From positions 121,233-185,232 of the forward strand of contig CAWGWC010000017.1 of NCBI GenBank assembly GCA_963826165.1: 64,000 bases of DNA. Reading direction: 5' to 3'. The first letter of the stretch is position 1. Each line of letters opens with the position of its first letter. The DNA comes from an uncultured Thermoleophilaceae bacterium. GTDB taxonomy: Bacteria > Actinomycetota > Thermoleophilia > Solirubrobacterales > Thermoleophilaceae. The notes under the pieces were generated by a model that saw nothing but the letters and a program-made list of their open reading frames with translations, did not search any database and was not told the DNA's origin. Made by a program: the position numbers and the translations under genes. Of this stretch, positions 35,203 through 44,742 are shown piece after piece.

Positions 35203-36072
35203 CTGAAGGCACGAATCGCACATGGGATCGGCGCCCTCGCCGCCGCCACCGGCCTGGTGGCGTGCGGTGGGGGCGCCGCTGCCGTGGACAGCCCGGTGCT
35301 GGACCCGGCGGGACAGGCCCCCTACGTAGGAGCCCTGGAGGTCGATCCGGCCGACGGCTCGGTGCTCCTGGCCACCAACGCCGGCCTGTATCGGGTGCGC
35401 AAGGGCGGGATGACTCCGGTGACCGCCCGGATGGGGAAGAACGTGGTGTCCAAGGGCCTCTCGTTTCGCTTCACCGGTCCGGGCGAGGCCGTGGGCGGTG
35501 GCCATCCCGGCCGCGAGAAGTCGCGCTGGCCCGTCCTGGGTCTCGTGACCACCGAGAACGGGGGCCGCACCTGGCGCTCGGTCTCGCGTCTCGGTGCTTC
35601 GGACTTCCATGCGATTGCGGCGTCGGGGCCGCTCGTGGCCGCCGCCGAGGGCGGCAACGCCACCGTGTTCGTCAGCCGCGACGGCGGCCGTACCTTCGAG
35701 ACGCGCACCACGCCGCTCGCGCTCAACGATCTCGAGATCGACCCGGCGGACCCGCAGCGCTGGATCGCCTCGAGTGAGCAGGGGCTGCATCTCTCGACCG
35801 ACGAGGGCCGCACCTGGCAGCCGGCTGACAGCGGCGGCGGCGCGCGGCTGGCGTGGCCCGCCACCGACCGGCTCATCCGCACCGACATCGATGGCCGCGT
35901 GAGCAAGAGCTCGGATGGCGGCGTGACCTGGGAGATCGCCGGCAGCGTCGACGGAGAGACCCAGGCGCTGGCGACCAATGGCGGGGACGTCCTCTATGCG
36001 GCCGACCTCGACGGCGTGGTGCGCGTGTCGCGCGACGGCGGCGGCAGCTGGTCGGTGTTCGCCCGGCCATAG
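35203..36072 (+). CDS. BNR/Asp-box repeat (sialidase/Ycf48-like beta-propeller) lipoprotein
   Basis: Five Asp-boxes (TENGGRTW, SRDGGRTF, STDEGRTW, SSDGGVTW, SRDGGGSW). Lipoprotein signal KARIAHGIGALAAATGLVA-C begins at in-frame CTG 35203. The track start 35080 lies in a low-GC3 stretch overlapping the upstream gene. Confidence 0.75.
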   Translation: MKARIAHGIGALAAATGLVACGGGAAAVDSPVLDPAGQAPYVGALEVDPADGSVLLATNAGLYRVRKGGMTPVTARMGKNVVSKGLSFRFTGPGEAVGGGHPGREKSRWPVLGLVTTENGGRTWRSVSRLGASDFHAIAASGPLVAAAEGGNATVFVSRDGGRTFETRTTPLALNDLEIDPADPQRWIASSEQGLHLSTDEGRTWQPADSGGGARLAWPATDRLIRTDIDGRVSKSSDGGVTWEIAGSVDGETQALATNGGDVLYAADLDGVVRVSRDGGGSWSVFARP

Positions 36073-36083
36073 AATCGGGCGCA

Positions 36084-37946
36084 ATGCGCGAGGGAGACCT
36101 TCTCTGGGAGCCGTCCGGCGGTTCACAGCTGGCGGAGTTCATGGAGGAGCGCGGCTTCGGCGACTACCACGAGCTGTGGCAGTGGTCGGTGAAGGACCTG
36201 GAGGGGTTCTGGAGCGCCGTATGGGAACGCTTCGAGGTGGGGCCCAGGCCGGAGCGCGTCCTGGGGAAGAGGGAGATGCCCGGGGCGGAGTGGTTCCCGG
36301 GCGCTCGGGTCAACTACGCCGAGCACCTGTTCCGCCAGGCTCGGCCGGGAGAGACGGCGATCGTCCACGCCACCGAGTCGAGCCCTCTGGCCGAGCTGTC
36401 GTGGGACGAGCTGCGCGATCAGACGGGCCGCTGCGCGGCCGGTCTGCGGCGCCTGGGGGTCGGCCCGGGCGACCGGGTGGCGGCGTACATGCCGAACGTC
36501 CCCGAGACGGTGGTGGCCTTCCTGGCCTGCGCGTCGATCGGGGCGGTGTGGTCGAGCTGCGCGCCCGAGTTCGGGGTGCCGACGGTGGTCGACCGGTTTG
36601 CGCAGATCGAGCCAAAGGTGCTGATCGCCACGGAGGGCTACCGCTATAACGGCAAGGACTTCGACCGGCGCGACCGCGTCCGGGAGATGGAGGCGGCGAT
36701 TCCAGCGCTCGAGCACACGGTGATGGTGCCGTCAGGGTGGGATGAGCTGTTGGCCGAGCCGGCGGAGCTGAGCTTCGAGTCGGTGCCCTTCGACCACCCG
36801 CTGTGGGTGCTCTACTCGTCGGGCACCACCGGGTTGCCCAAGGCGATCGTGCAGGGCCAGGGCGGCATCCTGCTCGAGCAGCTCAAGAAGGCGCACTTCC
36901 ATTCGGATCTCTCGGCCGGCGACCGTTTCTTCTGGTACACGACCACCGGCTGGATGATGTGGAACTTCCTGGTCAGCGGGCTGCTGGCCGGGTCCACGAT
37001 CGTGCTTTACGACGGCGCTCCTGACCCCAATCGGCTGTGGGACTTCGCCGCCGAGGCCGACGTGACGAGCTTCGGCACGAGCGCGGGCTTCATCGGCGCG
37101 TCCATGAAGGCCGAGGTGGAGCCGCCGCGGCCGCCGCGGCTGCGCAGCATCGGGTCGACCGGGTCGCCGTTGCCGGTGGAGGGCTTCGAGTGGGTCTACG
37201 AGAAGTTCCCGGATGTCTGGCTCTATTCGACCAGCGGCGGCACCGATCTGTGCACCGCCTTCGTGGGGGCCTGCCCGGTGCTTCCGGTCTACGCCGGGGA
37301 GCTGCAGGCGCGCAGCCTCGGCGCCGCGGTGGAGGCGTTCTCCGACGACGGCCGGGCGCTCACCGGCGAGGTGGGCGAGCTCGTGATCACCGAGCCGATG
37401 CCGTCGATGCCCCTCTACTTCTGGAACGACCCGGACGGCGAGCGTTACCGCGAGAGCTACTTCGAGATGTTCCCCGGCATCTGGCGTCACGGCGACTGGA
37501 TCAAGATCACCGAGCGCGGCACGGCGGTGATCTACGGCCGCTCGGACTCCACCATCAACCGCGGCGGCGTGCGCATGGGCACGAGCGAGATCTACAGCGC
37601 CGTGGAGGGCGTGGACGAGGTGCTCGACTCCCTGGTCGTGGACGTCGAGGGGGAGATGCTGCTGTTCGTGGTGCTCAGAGACGACGCCGAGCTCACCGAC
37701 GAGCTGCAGGCCGAGCTGCGCCGCCGCATCCGCGAGCACTGCTCGCCCCGCCATTCGCCCGACGGGATCGAGCAGATCGCCGAGGTGCCGCGCACGCTCT
37801 CCAACAAGAAGCTCGAAGTGCCGGTCAAGAAGATCCTGCTCGGCGCCGATCCCTCCACCGCCGCCAGCCGCGACTCGCTGGCCAACCCCGCCGCACTCGA
37901 CTGGTTCGCCGAGCGCTCAGGGGCCGGCGCTAGCTCCTCTTCCTGA
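36084..37946 (+). CDS. Acetoacetyl-CoA synthetase (acetoacetate-CoA ligase)
   Basis: ATG 36084 in frame within ORF 35853..37946. [50 protein letters not shown]. Confidence 0.9.
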   Translation: MREGDLLWEPSGGSQLAEFMEERGFGDYHELWQWSVKDLEGFWSAVWERFEVGPRPERVLGKREMPGAEWFPGARVNYAEHLFRQARPGETAIVHATESSPLAELSWDELRDQTGRCAAGLRRLGVGPGDRVAAYMPNVPETVVAFLACASIGAVWSSCAPEFGVPTVVDRFAQIEPKVLIATEGYRYNGKDFDRRDRVREMEAAIPALEHTVMVPSGWDELLAEPAELSFESVPFDHPLWVLYSSGTTGLPKAIVQGQGGILLEQLKKAHFHSDLSAGDRFFWYTTTGWMMWNFLVSGLLAGSTIVLYDGAPDPNRLWDFAAEADVTSFGTSAGFIGASMKAEVEPPRPPRLRSIGSTGSPLPVEGFEWVYEKFPDVWLYSTSGGTDLCTAFVGACPVLPVYAGELQARSLGAAVEAFSDDGRALTGEVGELVITEPMPSMPLYFWNDPDGERYRESYFEMFPGIWRHGDWIKITERGTAVIYGRSDSTINRGGVRMGTSEIYSAVEGVDEVLDSLVVDVEGEMLLFVVLRDDAELTDELQAELRRRIREHCSPRHSPDGIEQIAEVPRTLSNKKLEVPVKKILLGADPSTAASRDSLANPAALDWFAERSGAGASSSS

Positions 37947-39099
37947 GCTCCGGCCCGATCTCGGCGTCGATGCGGTGGATGAGCTCGGCGCAGAAGGCCT
38001 CGGCCTGGGTGAGTGAGCGCTCGGTCAGCCGCCGGGAGGCGTACCCGCGCTCGTCGGAGCAGGTGAGGGTGACCGCCGGCAGGCCGCCGGTCCGGGCGGC
38101 GTAGCCATCGCTGGGTGAACGTCCGATGACCGATCCGGCCCCGGCCTCAGGGGCGTCCTCGGCCACGCCGGCGCAGAGATCGACCAGCTGGACGTGGGCG
38201 CGCAGGGCCACCACCGGGCCCTCACGGCGCGTGTAGCGAGGCGCGTCGTCGCCGACCCGGTCGAGGTTCAGCACCACCGTGCGCTCGGCGTCGAGGGCTC
38301 CGCGGTGCCGAAGCAGAAAGCTGCGCATGCCCTGGGCCATCGCTTTGCGCGAACCGGTGAACAGGAGGTGTACGCCAAAGTGCTCGAGCTCGACTCGCTC
38401 GGCCATTCTCAGCGCCAGCGCCACGCCCGACGCGTTGTCGTTCTCACCGGCCTGCGGGTTGGCGAAAGCGAGGTCGAGTAGCAGCGGCACGGCGGCCAGC
38501 ACCCCGATCGTGACCAGGAACTGCAGGACGTCGAGCGCCGGACCGGAGGACCCGTCGAGACGCAGAAGGCATACGACAACCACCGCAGCCAGCGCCCACA
38601 CGAGCAGGGCGTAGGGGGAGAGCGGCCTCCGGAGAGGGCCGGGCAGGGCGGCCAGGAGGCGGCGAACACTGTCGCCCGCCGCCAGTCCGCCCGGACCGCT
38701 GTCGATGTGAGCCACGATCAGCAGGTCGCCCGGACGGTCGCCGTCTCCCCAGGAGACGAGGTTCTGGGACTCTCGGCGCCCGAGCAGCCGGCGCGTGGTC
38801 GTGAGAATGCCGCCGGCGTCGACCGCGGTGAGCACGGTCGCCAGGAGCGCCAAGAGCACGGCCAGCTCCGGCTGCACGAGCGACAAGAGGCTCGCCGCGA
38901 TACCGGCGAGGGCGTGCAGCGCGTAGGCGAGAGGCCAGCGCGGCCAGACGTCGAACGTCTCGATGTCGGCCCCGCGCCCGAGCGCGTGCAGCCGCGCGGC
39001 GAGGTGCTCTGCCGCCGCTCGCTCGGCATCCGACCCCGGAGGACGCGGGCCGGCGCCGTCGGCGAGCGCCTCTGCCTCGGCGAAGGTGTCGACCGTCAT
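37930..39099 (-). CDS. M28-family metallopeptidase with inserted membrane segment
   Basis: ATG 39099 in frame within ORF 37930..39489. LLIVAHIDS, 3-4 hydrophobic helices, then [13 protein letters not shown]. Confidence 0.8.
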   Translation of the reverse strand: MTVDTFAEAEALADGAGPRPPGSDAERAAAEHLAARLHALGRGADIETFDVWPRWPLAYALHALAGIAASLLSLVQPELAVLLALLATVLTAVDAGGILTTTRRLLGRRESQNLVSWGDGDRPGDLLIVAHIDSGPGGLAAGDSVRRLLAALPGPLRRPLSPYALLVWALAAVVVVCLLRLDGSSGPALDVLQFLVTIGVLAAVPLLLDLAFANPQAGENDNASGVALALRMAERVELEHFGVHLLFTGSRKAMAQGMRSFLLRHRGALDAERTVVLNLDRVGDDAPRYTRREGPVVALRAHVQLVDLCAGVAEDAPEAGAGSVIGRSPSDGYAARTGGLPAVTLTCSDERGYASRRLTERSLTQAEAFCAELIHRIDAEIGPELRKRS

Positions 39100-39112
39100 C
39101 CGGGGTGGCAGT

Positions 39113-39622
39113 ATGCCCGCCGTGGACCAGGGCAGAACCGGCGCGCTCGTGGCTGGGGCGAGCGGCGCGCTGCTGATGGCGAGCCTGTTCCTGCCCTGGT
39201 TCGGGCTCGACGTGCGCGTGGAGCTGCCGGGCGACGCCGGCTCGGCGACGGTCGAGGAGGCGCGTGTCAACGCGTTCGAGGCGTTCCGGGTGATCGACAT
39301 CGTTCTGTTCGTGTCCGCCGCGCTGGGCGTCGGTCTCGGAGCTCGCTCGCTGGTTCCCCGCGCTGCTCCAAACCCGTTGCTCGCGAATGCCGTGGCGATA
39401 GCGGCTGCCCTGTCCGCGCTGCTGATCGTCCTCCGGCTGCTGAATCCGCCGGGCTTCGAGGTGGCGGCGCAGGAGCTCGACACCGTCACCGGACGGCGGA
39501 TCGGAGCGTTCTTCGCCCTGCTCGGGACGGCCGGTATGGCCTGGGGGGCTACCCGGGCCGGTTCCGCGCGGCCAGATACTTCCCCTGCCGCACCGCCTCC
39601 ACGGCTGGGCGACCGGGCTTGA
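39113..39622 (+). CDS. Hypothetical membrane protein (169 aa)
   Basis: ATG 39113 in frame within ORF 38963..39622. Four hydrophobic segments. 13 bp from the divergent M28 start. Confidence 0.6.
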   Translation: MPAVDQGRTGALVAGASGALLMASLFLPWFGLDVRVELPGDAGSATVEEARVNAFEAFRVIDIVLFVSAALGVGLGARSLVPRAAPNPLLANAVAIAAALSALLIVLRLLNPPGFEVAAQELDTVTGRRIGAFFALLGTAGMAWGATRAGSARPDTSPAAPPPRLGDRA

Positions 39623-39953
39623 AGCCGGGCTGGGAGGTCTTGCAGATCTCGGTGAGCGCGTAGTAGACGCTGCGACCGGTGCGGTTGAGGGTCTCCCGCG
39701 CCACGACCTTCCTGAGGGCTGGATCCTGAGCGAGGGCGAACTCCGCCCGGATCACGAGCTTCGCGCTCTCGGGGTGGAGGGTCTGGCGAGCGAGATCGCG
39801 GCAGGTGAGCGCGTACGGGTCGCGTGCAACCTCGGTGGCGTGGTCGGGCTCAGGTGTGCCCGTCACGCGAGGTTCCTGCTCTTCATTGCCGCACGCCCCA
39901 CCGGTGGTGGCAACCGCGAGACCGGCGATGAAGGCCGTGAGCGCTCTCATCAT
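39549..39953 (-). CDS. Hypothetical lipoprotein (134 aa)
   Basis: ATG-ATG at 39953/39950. Lipobox FIAGLAVATTGGA-C. The track start 39983 would run into the tRNA. Confidence 0.65.
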   Translation of the reverse strand: MMRALTAFIAGLAVATTGGACGNEEQEPRVTGTPEPDHATEVARDPYALTCRDLARQTLHPESAKLVIRAEFALAQDPALRKVVARETLNRTGRSVYYALTEICKTSQPGFKPGRPAVEAVRQGKYLAARNRPG

Positions 39954-39958
39954 GCGAG

Positions 39959-40042
39959 TACGGCGGATGGGATTCGAACCCACACGCCCTTTCGGGCAGC
40001 GGTTTTTGAGACCGCCTCCTATACCAGTTTGGACACCGCCGC
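39959..40042 (-). tRNA. tRNA-Leu (anticodon CAA), class II with long variable arm
   Basis: Hand fold: acceptor GCGGCGG/CCGCCGT (G1-U72), anticodon stem GCGGT/ACCGC, loop CTCAAAA, variable stem GCCC/GGGC, T-arm GTGGG-TTCGAAT-CCCAT. No encoded CCA. Confidence 0.9.
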
Positions 40043-40067
40043 TCGGTCCGCTAAGTGTAGGTCCTCG

Positions 40068-40547
40068 TCAGGCCGGTTGAACGCGACTGCCCGGCGCGAC
40101 GTCGCCCTGAGCGACCTCCACCTCGACGTTCCACTTCTGCTGAAAGCCCCTCATGGCGAAGGCGACCAGGAGCAGCTGCACCGGAATGAGGATCACCGTC
40201 AGCAGGCCGAGCATCGCCGGATCCAGCGCCGGATCGGCAAAGCCGGCCTTGTCGCGCTCGAACCACGCGGGGCCCGCCACCGCGGCGAACACGGTGAACA
40301 GGACCGCCAGCGCAGCCGCCACCGGCAGCACGCCACGGTTCCAGCGCGCAACGTAGAAGGCCATGACGGCGTACACGATGATGTAGGCGATCGCGACGAT
40401 CTGTGCGCCCTGCAGCTTCGACCAGCCACCCACGGTGACGATCAGGATCAGGGCGGCGCTCACCACCAGCAGGAGCACGACGATGGCCTTGGTGGCCTTG
40501 GACTCGGTCTTGTCCCGGTTGGGGCGGACGAGAACGGTGTCGGCCAT
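40068..40547 (-). CDS. Hypothetical 4-TM membrane protein (159 aa)
   Basis: ATG 40547 in frame within ORF 40068..40556. Hydrophobic helices with good GC3 bias. Confidence 0.7.
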   Translation of the reverse strand: MADTVLVRPNRDKTESKATKAIVVLLLVVSAALILIVTVGGWSKLQGAQIVAIAYIIVYAVMAFYVARWNRGVLPVAAALAVLFTVFAAVAGPAWFERDKAGFADPALDPAMLGLLTVILIPVQLLLVAFAMRGFQQKWNVEVEVAQGDVAPGSRVQPA

Positions 40548-40592
40548 CGGCGACACCCTAACCTGTGACGGGTCTGATCGCGCCGTGGCAAA

Positions 40593-40676
40593 GCGGGCGT
40601 GGCGGAACTGGCAGACGCGCGAGGTTTAGGTCCTCGTGGTCGAAAGACTGTGGGGGTTCGAGTCCCTCCGCCCGCA
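40593..40676 (+). tRNA. tRNA-Leu (anticodon TAG)
   Basis: Hand fold: acceptor GCGGGCG/CGCCCGC, anticodon stem CGAGG/CCTCG, loop TTTAGGT, long variable arm, T-arm GGGGG-TTCGAGT-CCCTC. Confidence 0.95.
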
Positions 40677-40703
40677 CTCGGCGCCGCTACGATCTCGGCC
40701 CCA

Positions 40704-40776
40704 GGGGCAGTAGCTCAGCTGGTGGTAGCGCCGGTCTCCAAAACCGTCGCTCCAGGTTCGAGTCCTCGCTCCCCCG
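40704..40776 (+). tRNA. tRNA-Trp (anticodon CCA) with several stem mismatches
   Basis: Anticodon loop CTCCAAA and T-loop TTCGAGT. The hand fold shows C5-C68 and C50-C64 mismatches plus C27-T43 and C13-T22. Confidence 0.65.
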
Positions 40777-40824
40777 CCTTCCCGTAGGTTTCTCCGCGCA
40801 CCGCACCCGGGCAGGAGGACCCGC

Positions 40825-41778
40825 ATGCCGTCAGTCGAGACCGTCAACGGTCCCATCGACGTCGAGGAGCTCGGCACGACGCTCATCCACGAGCACTTCC
40901 GGACGACCGACGAGGCGATGCGACATCAGTTTCCGCACCTCTACGACGAGGAGGCCGAGTGGGAGGCCGCAATGGCCGACGCTCACGCGGTCAAGGGGCA
41001 CGGGATCAGGACGGTCGTGGATCCAGCGGCGATGTACCTAAACCGGGACGCCGCCTTCAGCAAGCGCGTAGCCGACGAGGCGGGCATCCAGGTGGTGCTG
41101 GCCACCGGTATCTACACCTACGACCACCTGCCTCAAGGACTTCTGAGCCGCGACGAGGATGCGATCGCCGACATCTTCGTCCACGAGATCGAGAACGGGA
41201 TCCAGGGCACCGGCATCAAGCCGGCCTTGATCAAGTGCGCAGCCGACGAGCCCGGCGTCACGCCCAACGTGGAGAAGGTGCACCGCGCCGCCGCGCGGGC
41301 CAGCAACCGGACCGGCAAGCCGATCATGGCCCACTCGAGGCCGGCCAGCGGGACGGGTCCGGAGCAGATGCGCATCTTCGCCGAGGAGGGTGTCGACCCG
41401 ACCAAGATCCAGGTGGCGCACACCGGAGACACCGACGACCTCGAGTACATCGAGCAGTTGCTCGAGACCGGATGCTGGGTCGGCCTCGACCGCTACGGCA
41501 TCGACATCTACCTGCCCACGCCCAACCGCAATGCCACCACGCTGGCGCTGCTCGAGCGCGGCTACGCCGACCGCATGTTCATCTCACAGGACTACTGCTC
41601 GTCCATCGACTGGTTCCCGCCTGAGGTCCAGGAGTACCTCAAGGCCAACGAGGTGCCGCACTGGAGCATGACCTTCCTGTTCGACTCGGTAATTCCCGAG
41701 TTGAAGGAGCGCGGCATGACCGACGAGCAGCTCGAGCAGATGATGGTCGACAACCCCAAGCGCTGGCTGGGGACTTAG
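40825..41778 (+). CDS. Phosphotriesterase-like lactonase (amidohydrolase superfamily, PTE family)
   Basis: 317 aa. LIHEHF, ALIKCAAD (Lys), IMAHS, VAHTGD, FISQDY metal-ligand blocks. RBS GGAGGA. Confidence 0.85.
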   Translation: MPSVETVNGPIDVEELGTTLIHEHFRTTDEAMRHQFPHLYDEEAEWEAAMADAHAVKGHGIRTVVDPAAMYLNRDAAFSKRVADEAGIQVVLATGIYTYDHLPQGLLSRDEDAIADIFVHEIENGIQGTGIKPALIKCAADEPGVTPNVEKVHRAAARASNRTGKPIMAHSRPASGTGPEQMRIFAEEGVDPTKIQVAHTGDTDDLEYIEQLLETGCWVGLDRYGIDIYLPTPNRNATTLALLERGYADRMFISQDYCSSIDWFPPEVQEYLKANEVPHWSMTFLFDSVIPELKERGMTDEQLEQMMVDNPKRWLGT

Positions 41779-43223
41779 CCCTCGAGCGCGGACATCACGT
41801 GCTTCACGCGGGTGTACTCCTCGAACGAGTAGCCCGACAGGTCCTTGCCGTAGCCGGAGTGCTTGAAGCCGCCGTGTGGCATCTCGGCGACGAGCGGGAT
41901 GTGGCAGTTGACCCAGACACACCCGAAGTCCAGCGCGCGTGACACGCGCAGCGCGCGCTTGTGGTCCTTCGTCCACACGCTGGAGGCGAGGCCGTACTCG
42001 GTCCCGTTGGCCCAGCGCAGCGCCTCGTCCTCGTCGCTGAACGACTGGACGGTGATCACCGGGCCGAAGATCTCGCTGGTGGCCAGCTCGTCGGCCTGCT
42101 CGACACCGTCGATCACGGTCGGCTCGTAGAAGTAGCCGTCGTCGGTCGCGCGCTCGCCTCCTACGAGCACCTTGGCGTGGTCGGGGGTGCGCTCCACCAT
42201 GCCGTTGACCTTCTCGAGCTGGTCGGCGTTGTTGATCGGAGGGATGAAGAAGTCCTCCGAATCGGGCTCCTCGTCCTTTGACAGTCGCACCGTGCCCGCC
42301 TGCTCGACCAGCGCGGCGGCGATGTCCTCCTGCACGCCCGCACCCGCCAGGACGCGCGTCGCCGCGGTGCAGTCCTGCCCCGCGTTGAAGTAACCGGCCA
42401 CGGCGATGTCCTCGGCCGCGCTCGACAGGTCGGCGTCGTCGAACACGATCACCGGTGCCTTGCCCCCGAGCTCGAGGTGCGTGCGCTTGAGCGTGTCGGC
42501 CGCCGAGCGGGCCACGGCCTTGCCGGCGGCGATGCTGCCGGTGATCGACACCATCTGCGGAATCGGATGCGCCACGACTCCGGCGCCGGTGTCGCGATCG
42601 CCACAGACCACGTTGAACACCCCTGGCGGCAGGACCTCGGCGAATAGCTCGGCCATGTAGACCGTGCTGGCCGGCGTGGTGTCGGACGGCTTGATGACCA
42701 TGGTGTTCCCCGCCGCCAGGGCAGGCCCGAACTTCCACACCGCCATCATCATCGGGTAGTTCCAGGGCGTGACCGAGCCGATAACCCCGATCGGCTCGCG
42801 CCGGACCGACGAGGTGAAGCCGGCCATGTACTCGGCCGTGGCCTTGCCCTCAAGCATGCGCGCCGCCCCCGCGAAGAAGCGGATCTGGTCGCACATCGGC
42901 GGGATCTCCTCGCTGAGCGTGAGCCCCTTCGGCTTGCCCGTGTTCTCGGCCTCGATCTCCACGAGCTTCTCTGCGTTCTCCTCGATGGCGTCGGCCATCT
43001 TCAGCATCGCGGTCATGCGCTCGCTCGGGGTGGTGTCGCGCCAGCCGTTGTCGAAGGCGGTCTGGGCGGCCTTCAGGGCGTCGTCGATGTCGGCCTCGCC
43101 CGACTTCGGAGCGGTGGCGTAGACCTCCCCCGTGGAGGGGTTGACGACGTCCATCGTCTGCCCGTCGCTCGGCGCCTTGAACTCGCCGTTGATGAAGTTG
43201 CGCAGCTCACGCGGGTCGGCCAT
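41775..43223 (-). CDS. Aminoaldehyde (gamma-aminobutyraldehyde) dehydrogenase, PatD/YdcW-like
   Basis: ATG 43223 in frame within ORF 41775..43373. TPWNYPMMMAVWKFGPALAAGNTMVIKPS, ELGGKAPVIVFDDAD, GQDCTAATR, EMPHGGFKHSGYGKD. Confidence 0.9.
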   Translation of the reverse strand: MADPRELRNFINGEFKAPSDGQTMDVVNPSTGEVYATAPKSGEADIDDALKAAQTAFDNGWRDTTPSERMTAMLKMADAIEENAEKLVEIEAENTGKPKGLTLSEEIPPMCDQIRFFAGAARMLEGKATAEYMAGFTSSVRREPIGVIGSVTPWNYPMMMAVWKFGPALAAGNTMVIKPSDTTPASTVYMAELFAEVLPPGVFNVVCGDRDTGAGVVAHPIPQMVSITGSIAAGKAVARSAADTLKRTHLELGGKAPVIVFDDADLSSAAEDIAVAGYFNAGQDCTAATRVLAGAGVQEDIAAALVEQAGTVRLSKDEEPDSEDFFIPPINNADQLEKVNGMVERTPDHAKVLVGGERATDDGYFYEPTVIDGVEQADELATSEIFGPVITVQSFSDEDEALRWANGTEYGLASSVWTKDHKRALRVSRALDFGCVWVNCHIPLVAEMPHGGFKHSGYGKDLSGYSFEEYTRVKHVMSALEG

Positions 43224-43282
43224 CTGGTGCTCCTCGCAGTTAGCGGACGTCTGGCGCGGGCTATCGTAAACCGGCCCGCGGC

Positions 43283-44455
43283 TCAGGCCGCTCGCTGCCC
43301 CTCGGCGAACGCCTGGGTGTGCTGCGTCTCGGCGAAGTCGTCGAAGGTCTGGCTGAGCGTGTGGCCGGGCCACAGGTACTCGGCGCGGCCCTCGGCGGGG
43401 TGGTAGGCGGCCGTGTAGATCGTGCCGAAGCCGCTCGAGAACGCCGTGCTGTAGAGGGGCGGCTCGAGAAAGGCCGACACGAACCGGTCGCGCGTCATCT
43501 CGGGATCGTCGAGCAGGGCGAGGGCGAAACGCTCGCGCTCGAAGCTGCGAACGGCCCGCGCATAGTCGGGCCAGTCGTCCTCACGCTGGTGGTTCGTGGC
43601 CGCCGCCACGTCCCCGAAAACCGGCTCGCGGTCGGGGCCTACGCACGCGGTGACCACCGCGCCGGACGCGTCCAGAAGCGTCACGTTCTGGGCCGCGTGA
43701 ACCGGGATCCGAGCGAGCGACGACCGCGCCTCGTCCACCGTCTCGCATGTCTCGAGCAGGTAGCGGATCACCAGCGGAATGCCGAAGCCGTCGCCCACCG
43801 CGCGCCTTCCGCCGAAGGTGAGCGAGGCGGCCAGGCCGGCGTCGTTCACCCCGTCGAGCAGGCCCCAGAGGCAGTCGCTCATGCCGATCACCCGCCGGCC
43901 GGACCAGCCGGTGGACCACACGATGCCCTCCGCGCGGGTGGCCGGGTAGTCGTAGTTGCGCACCAGCACAGGCGACTCGTCGCGAGTCCATGCTGCCTGG
44001 GTGCAGCCCACGACGAAGCCGGGCGGACGATAGAGCGAGAGGAAGCGGGCGGCCAGGCGGTCGCCTCCCGCGAGCGCCACCAGGCGCTCGTAGGTCGGAA
44101 CGAGCTCCGGCATGTACTCGTCGAGCATGCGCCGGCAGTCGCTCACGCTCGGCCGTGCGTCGTCGCCGTCCTTCAGGTACCAGCGGCGGTAGGCGGGCCA
44201 CATGTCCTCGAAGGAGGCCCGCCAGCGCTCGCCCGGCTCGAGCTCCTCCTTGGCCTCGAAGGCCAGCCAGTTGCCGTCGGGCGCGGGCGCCTCGTCCGGA
44301 GTCCGCCCGCGATGGTCCGGCAGCAGCTCGAGCTGGTGGCGGATGTCCTCCCAGACCGGCTTCCAGAACCGGTCGATCGCATCGGCGGCGACCTTGGGCA
44401 GGCCCAGCGACTTGACCCACTCGGGCAGCTCCGGCAGATCCGGCGTCGACGACAT
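43283..44455 (-). CDS. C45-family (acyl-CoA:6-APA acyltransferase-like) Ntn hydrolase
   Basis: 390 aa. Predicted autoprocessing/nucleophile site FVVG-CTQAAW after a ~150-aa N-region. RNYDY, NDAGLA blocks. Confidence 0.8.
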   Translation of the reverse strand: MSSTPDLPELPEWVKSLGLPKVAADAIDRFWKPVWEDIRHQLELLPDHRGRTPDEAPAPDGNWLAFEAKEELEPGERWRASFEDMWPAYRRWYLKDGDDARPSVSDCRRMLDEYMPELVPTYERLVALAGGDRLAARFLSLYRPPGFVVGCTQAAWTRDESPVLVRNYDYPATRAEGIVWSTGWSGRRVIGMSDCLWGLLDGVNDAGLAASLTFGGRRAVGDGFGIPLVIRYLLETCETVDEARSSLARIPVHAAQNVTLLDASGAVVTACVGPDREPVFGDVAAATNHQREDDWPDYARAVRSFERERFALALLDDPEMTRDRFVSAFLEPPLYSTAFSSGFGTIYTAAYHPAEGRAEYLWPGHTLSQTFDDFAETQHTQAFAEGQRAA

Positions 44456-44469
44456 CTAGGTCGGGGGGC

Positions 44470-44733
44470 CTAGCGGTGCTCGGGCGGCTGCTCGCCGCCC
44501 GGCTGCTTGCGGCTGGCACGGTCCTCGCCGGGCCGCTCGCCGGCCGGCGGGTTGCCCTGGCCCGGAGCCCCGGGCTCCTTGAGCGCCTCGGCGGCGCGCT
44601 TGGCCTTCTCCTGTGTGGTGCCCTTGCCCGAAGCGATGTCCTTCAGCTCCTGGGCGTCCTCCTTGAGCGCGTCCGTGCCGCCGCGCTGGTCCACGATCCG
44701 CTTCGCCCTGTTCATGAGGTCGTTCAGGCGCAT
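44470..44733 (-). CDS. Small Rv0909/MT0933-like protein (87 aa) with disordered Pro/Gly tail
   Basis: ATG 44733 is 6 nt after AGGTAGGAG (the track uses TTG 44739). LNDLMNRAKRIVDQRGGTDALKEDAQELKDI. No toxin partner adjacent. Confidence 0.65.
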   Translation of the reverse strand: MRLNDLMNRAKRIVDQRGGTDALKEDAQELKDIASGKGTTQEKAKRAAEALKEPGAPGQGNPPAGERPGEDRASRKQPGGEQPPEHR

Positions 44734-44742
44734 GGTCAACTC

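Noticed and set aside
32835-35249. 804-aa ORF, the longest in the track, antisense to the MFS and LVIVD genes
   Set aside because: Spans two well-supported plus-strand genes and their spacer. The translation is Arg/Gly/His/Asp-rich without motifs, so it is a GC artefact.
39954-39983. Track start (39983) for the lipoprotein gene
   Set aside because: It would overlap the tRNA-Leu(CAA) gene. The internal ATG-ATG at 39953 gives a normal lipoprotein signal.
44470-44733. Rv0909-like small protein as a toxin-antitoxin locus
   Set aside because: No Rv0910/SRPBCC-type toxin or any small partner gene flanks it. It sits inside a catabolic operon, so a functional TA pair is unsupported.
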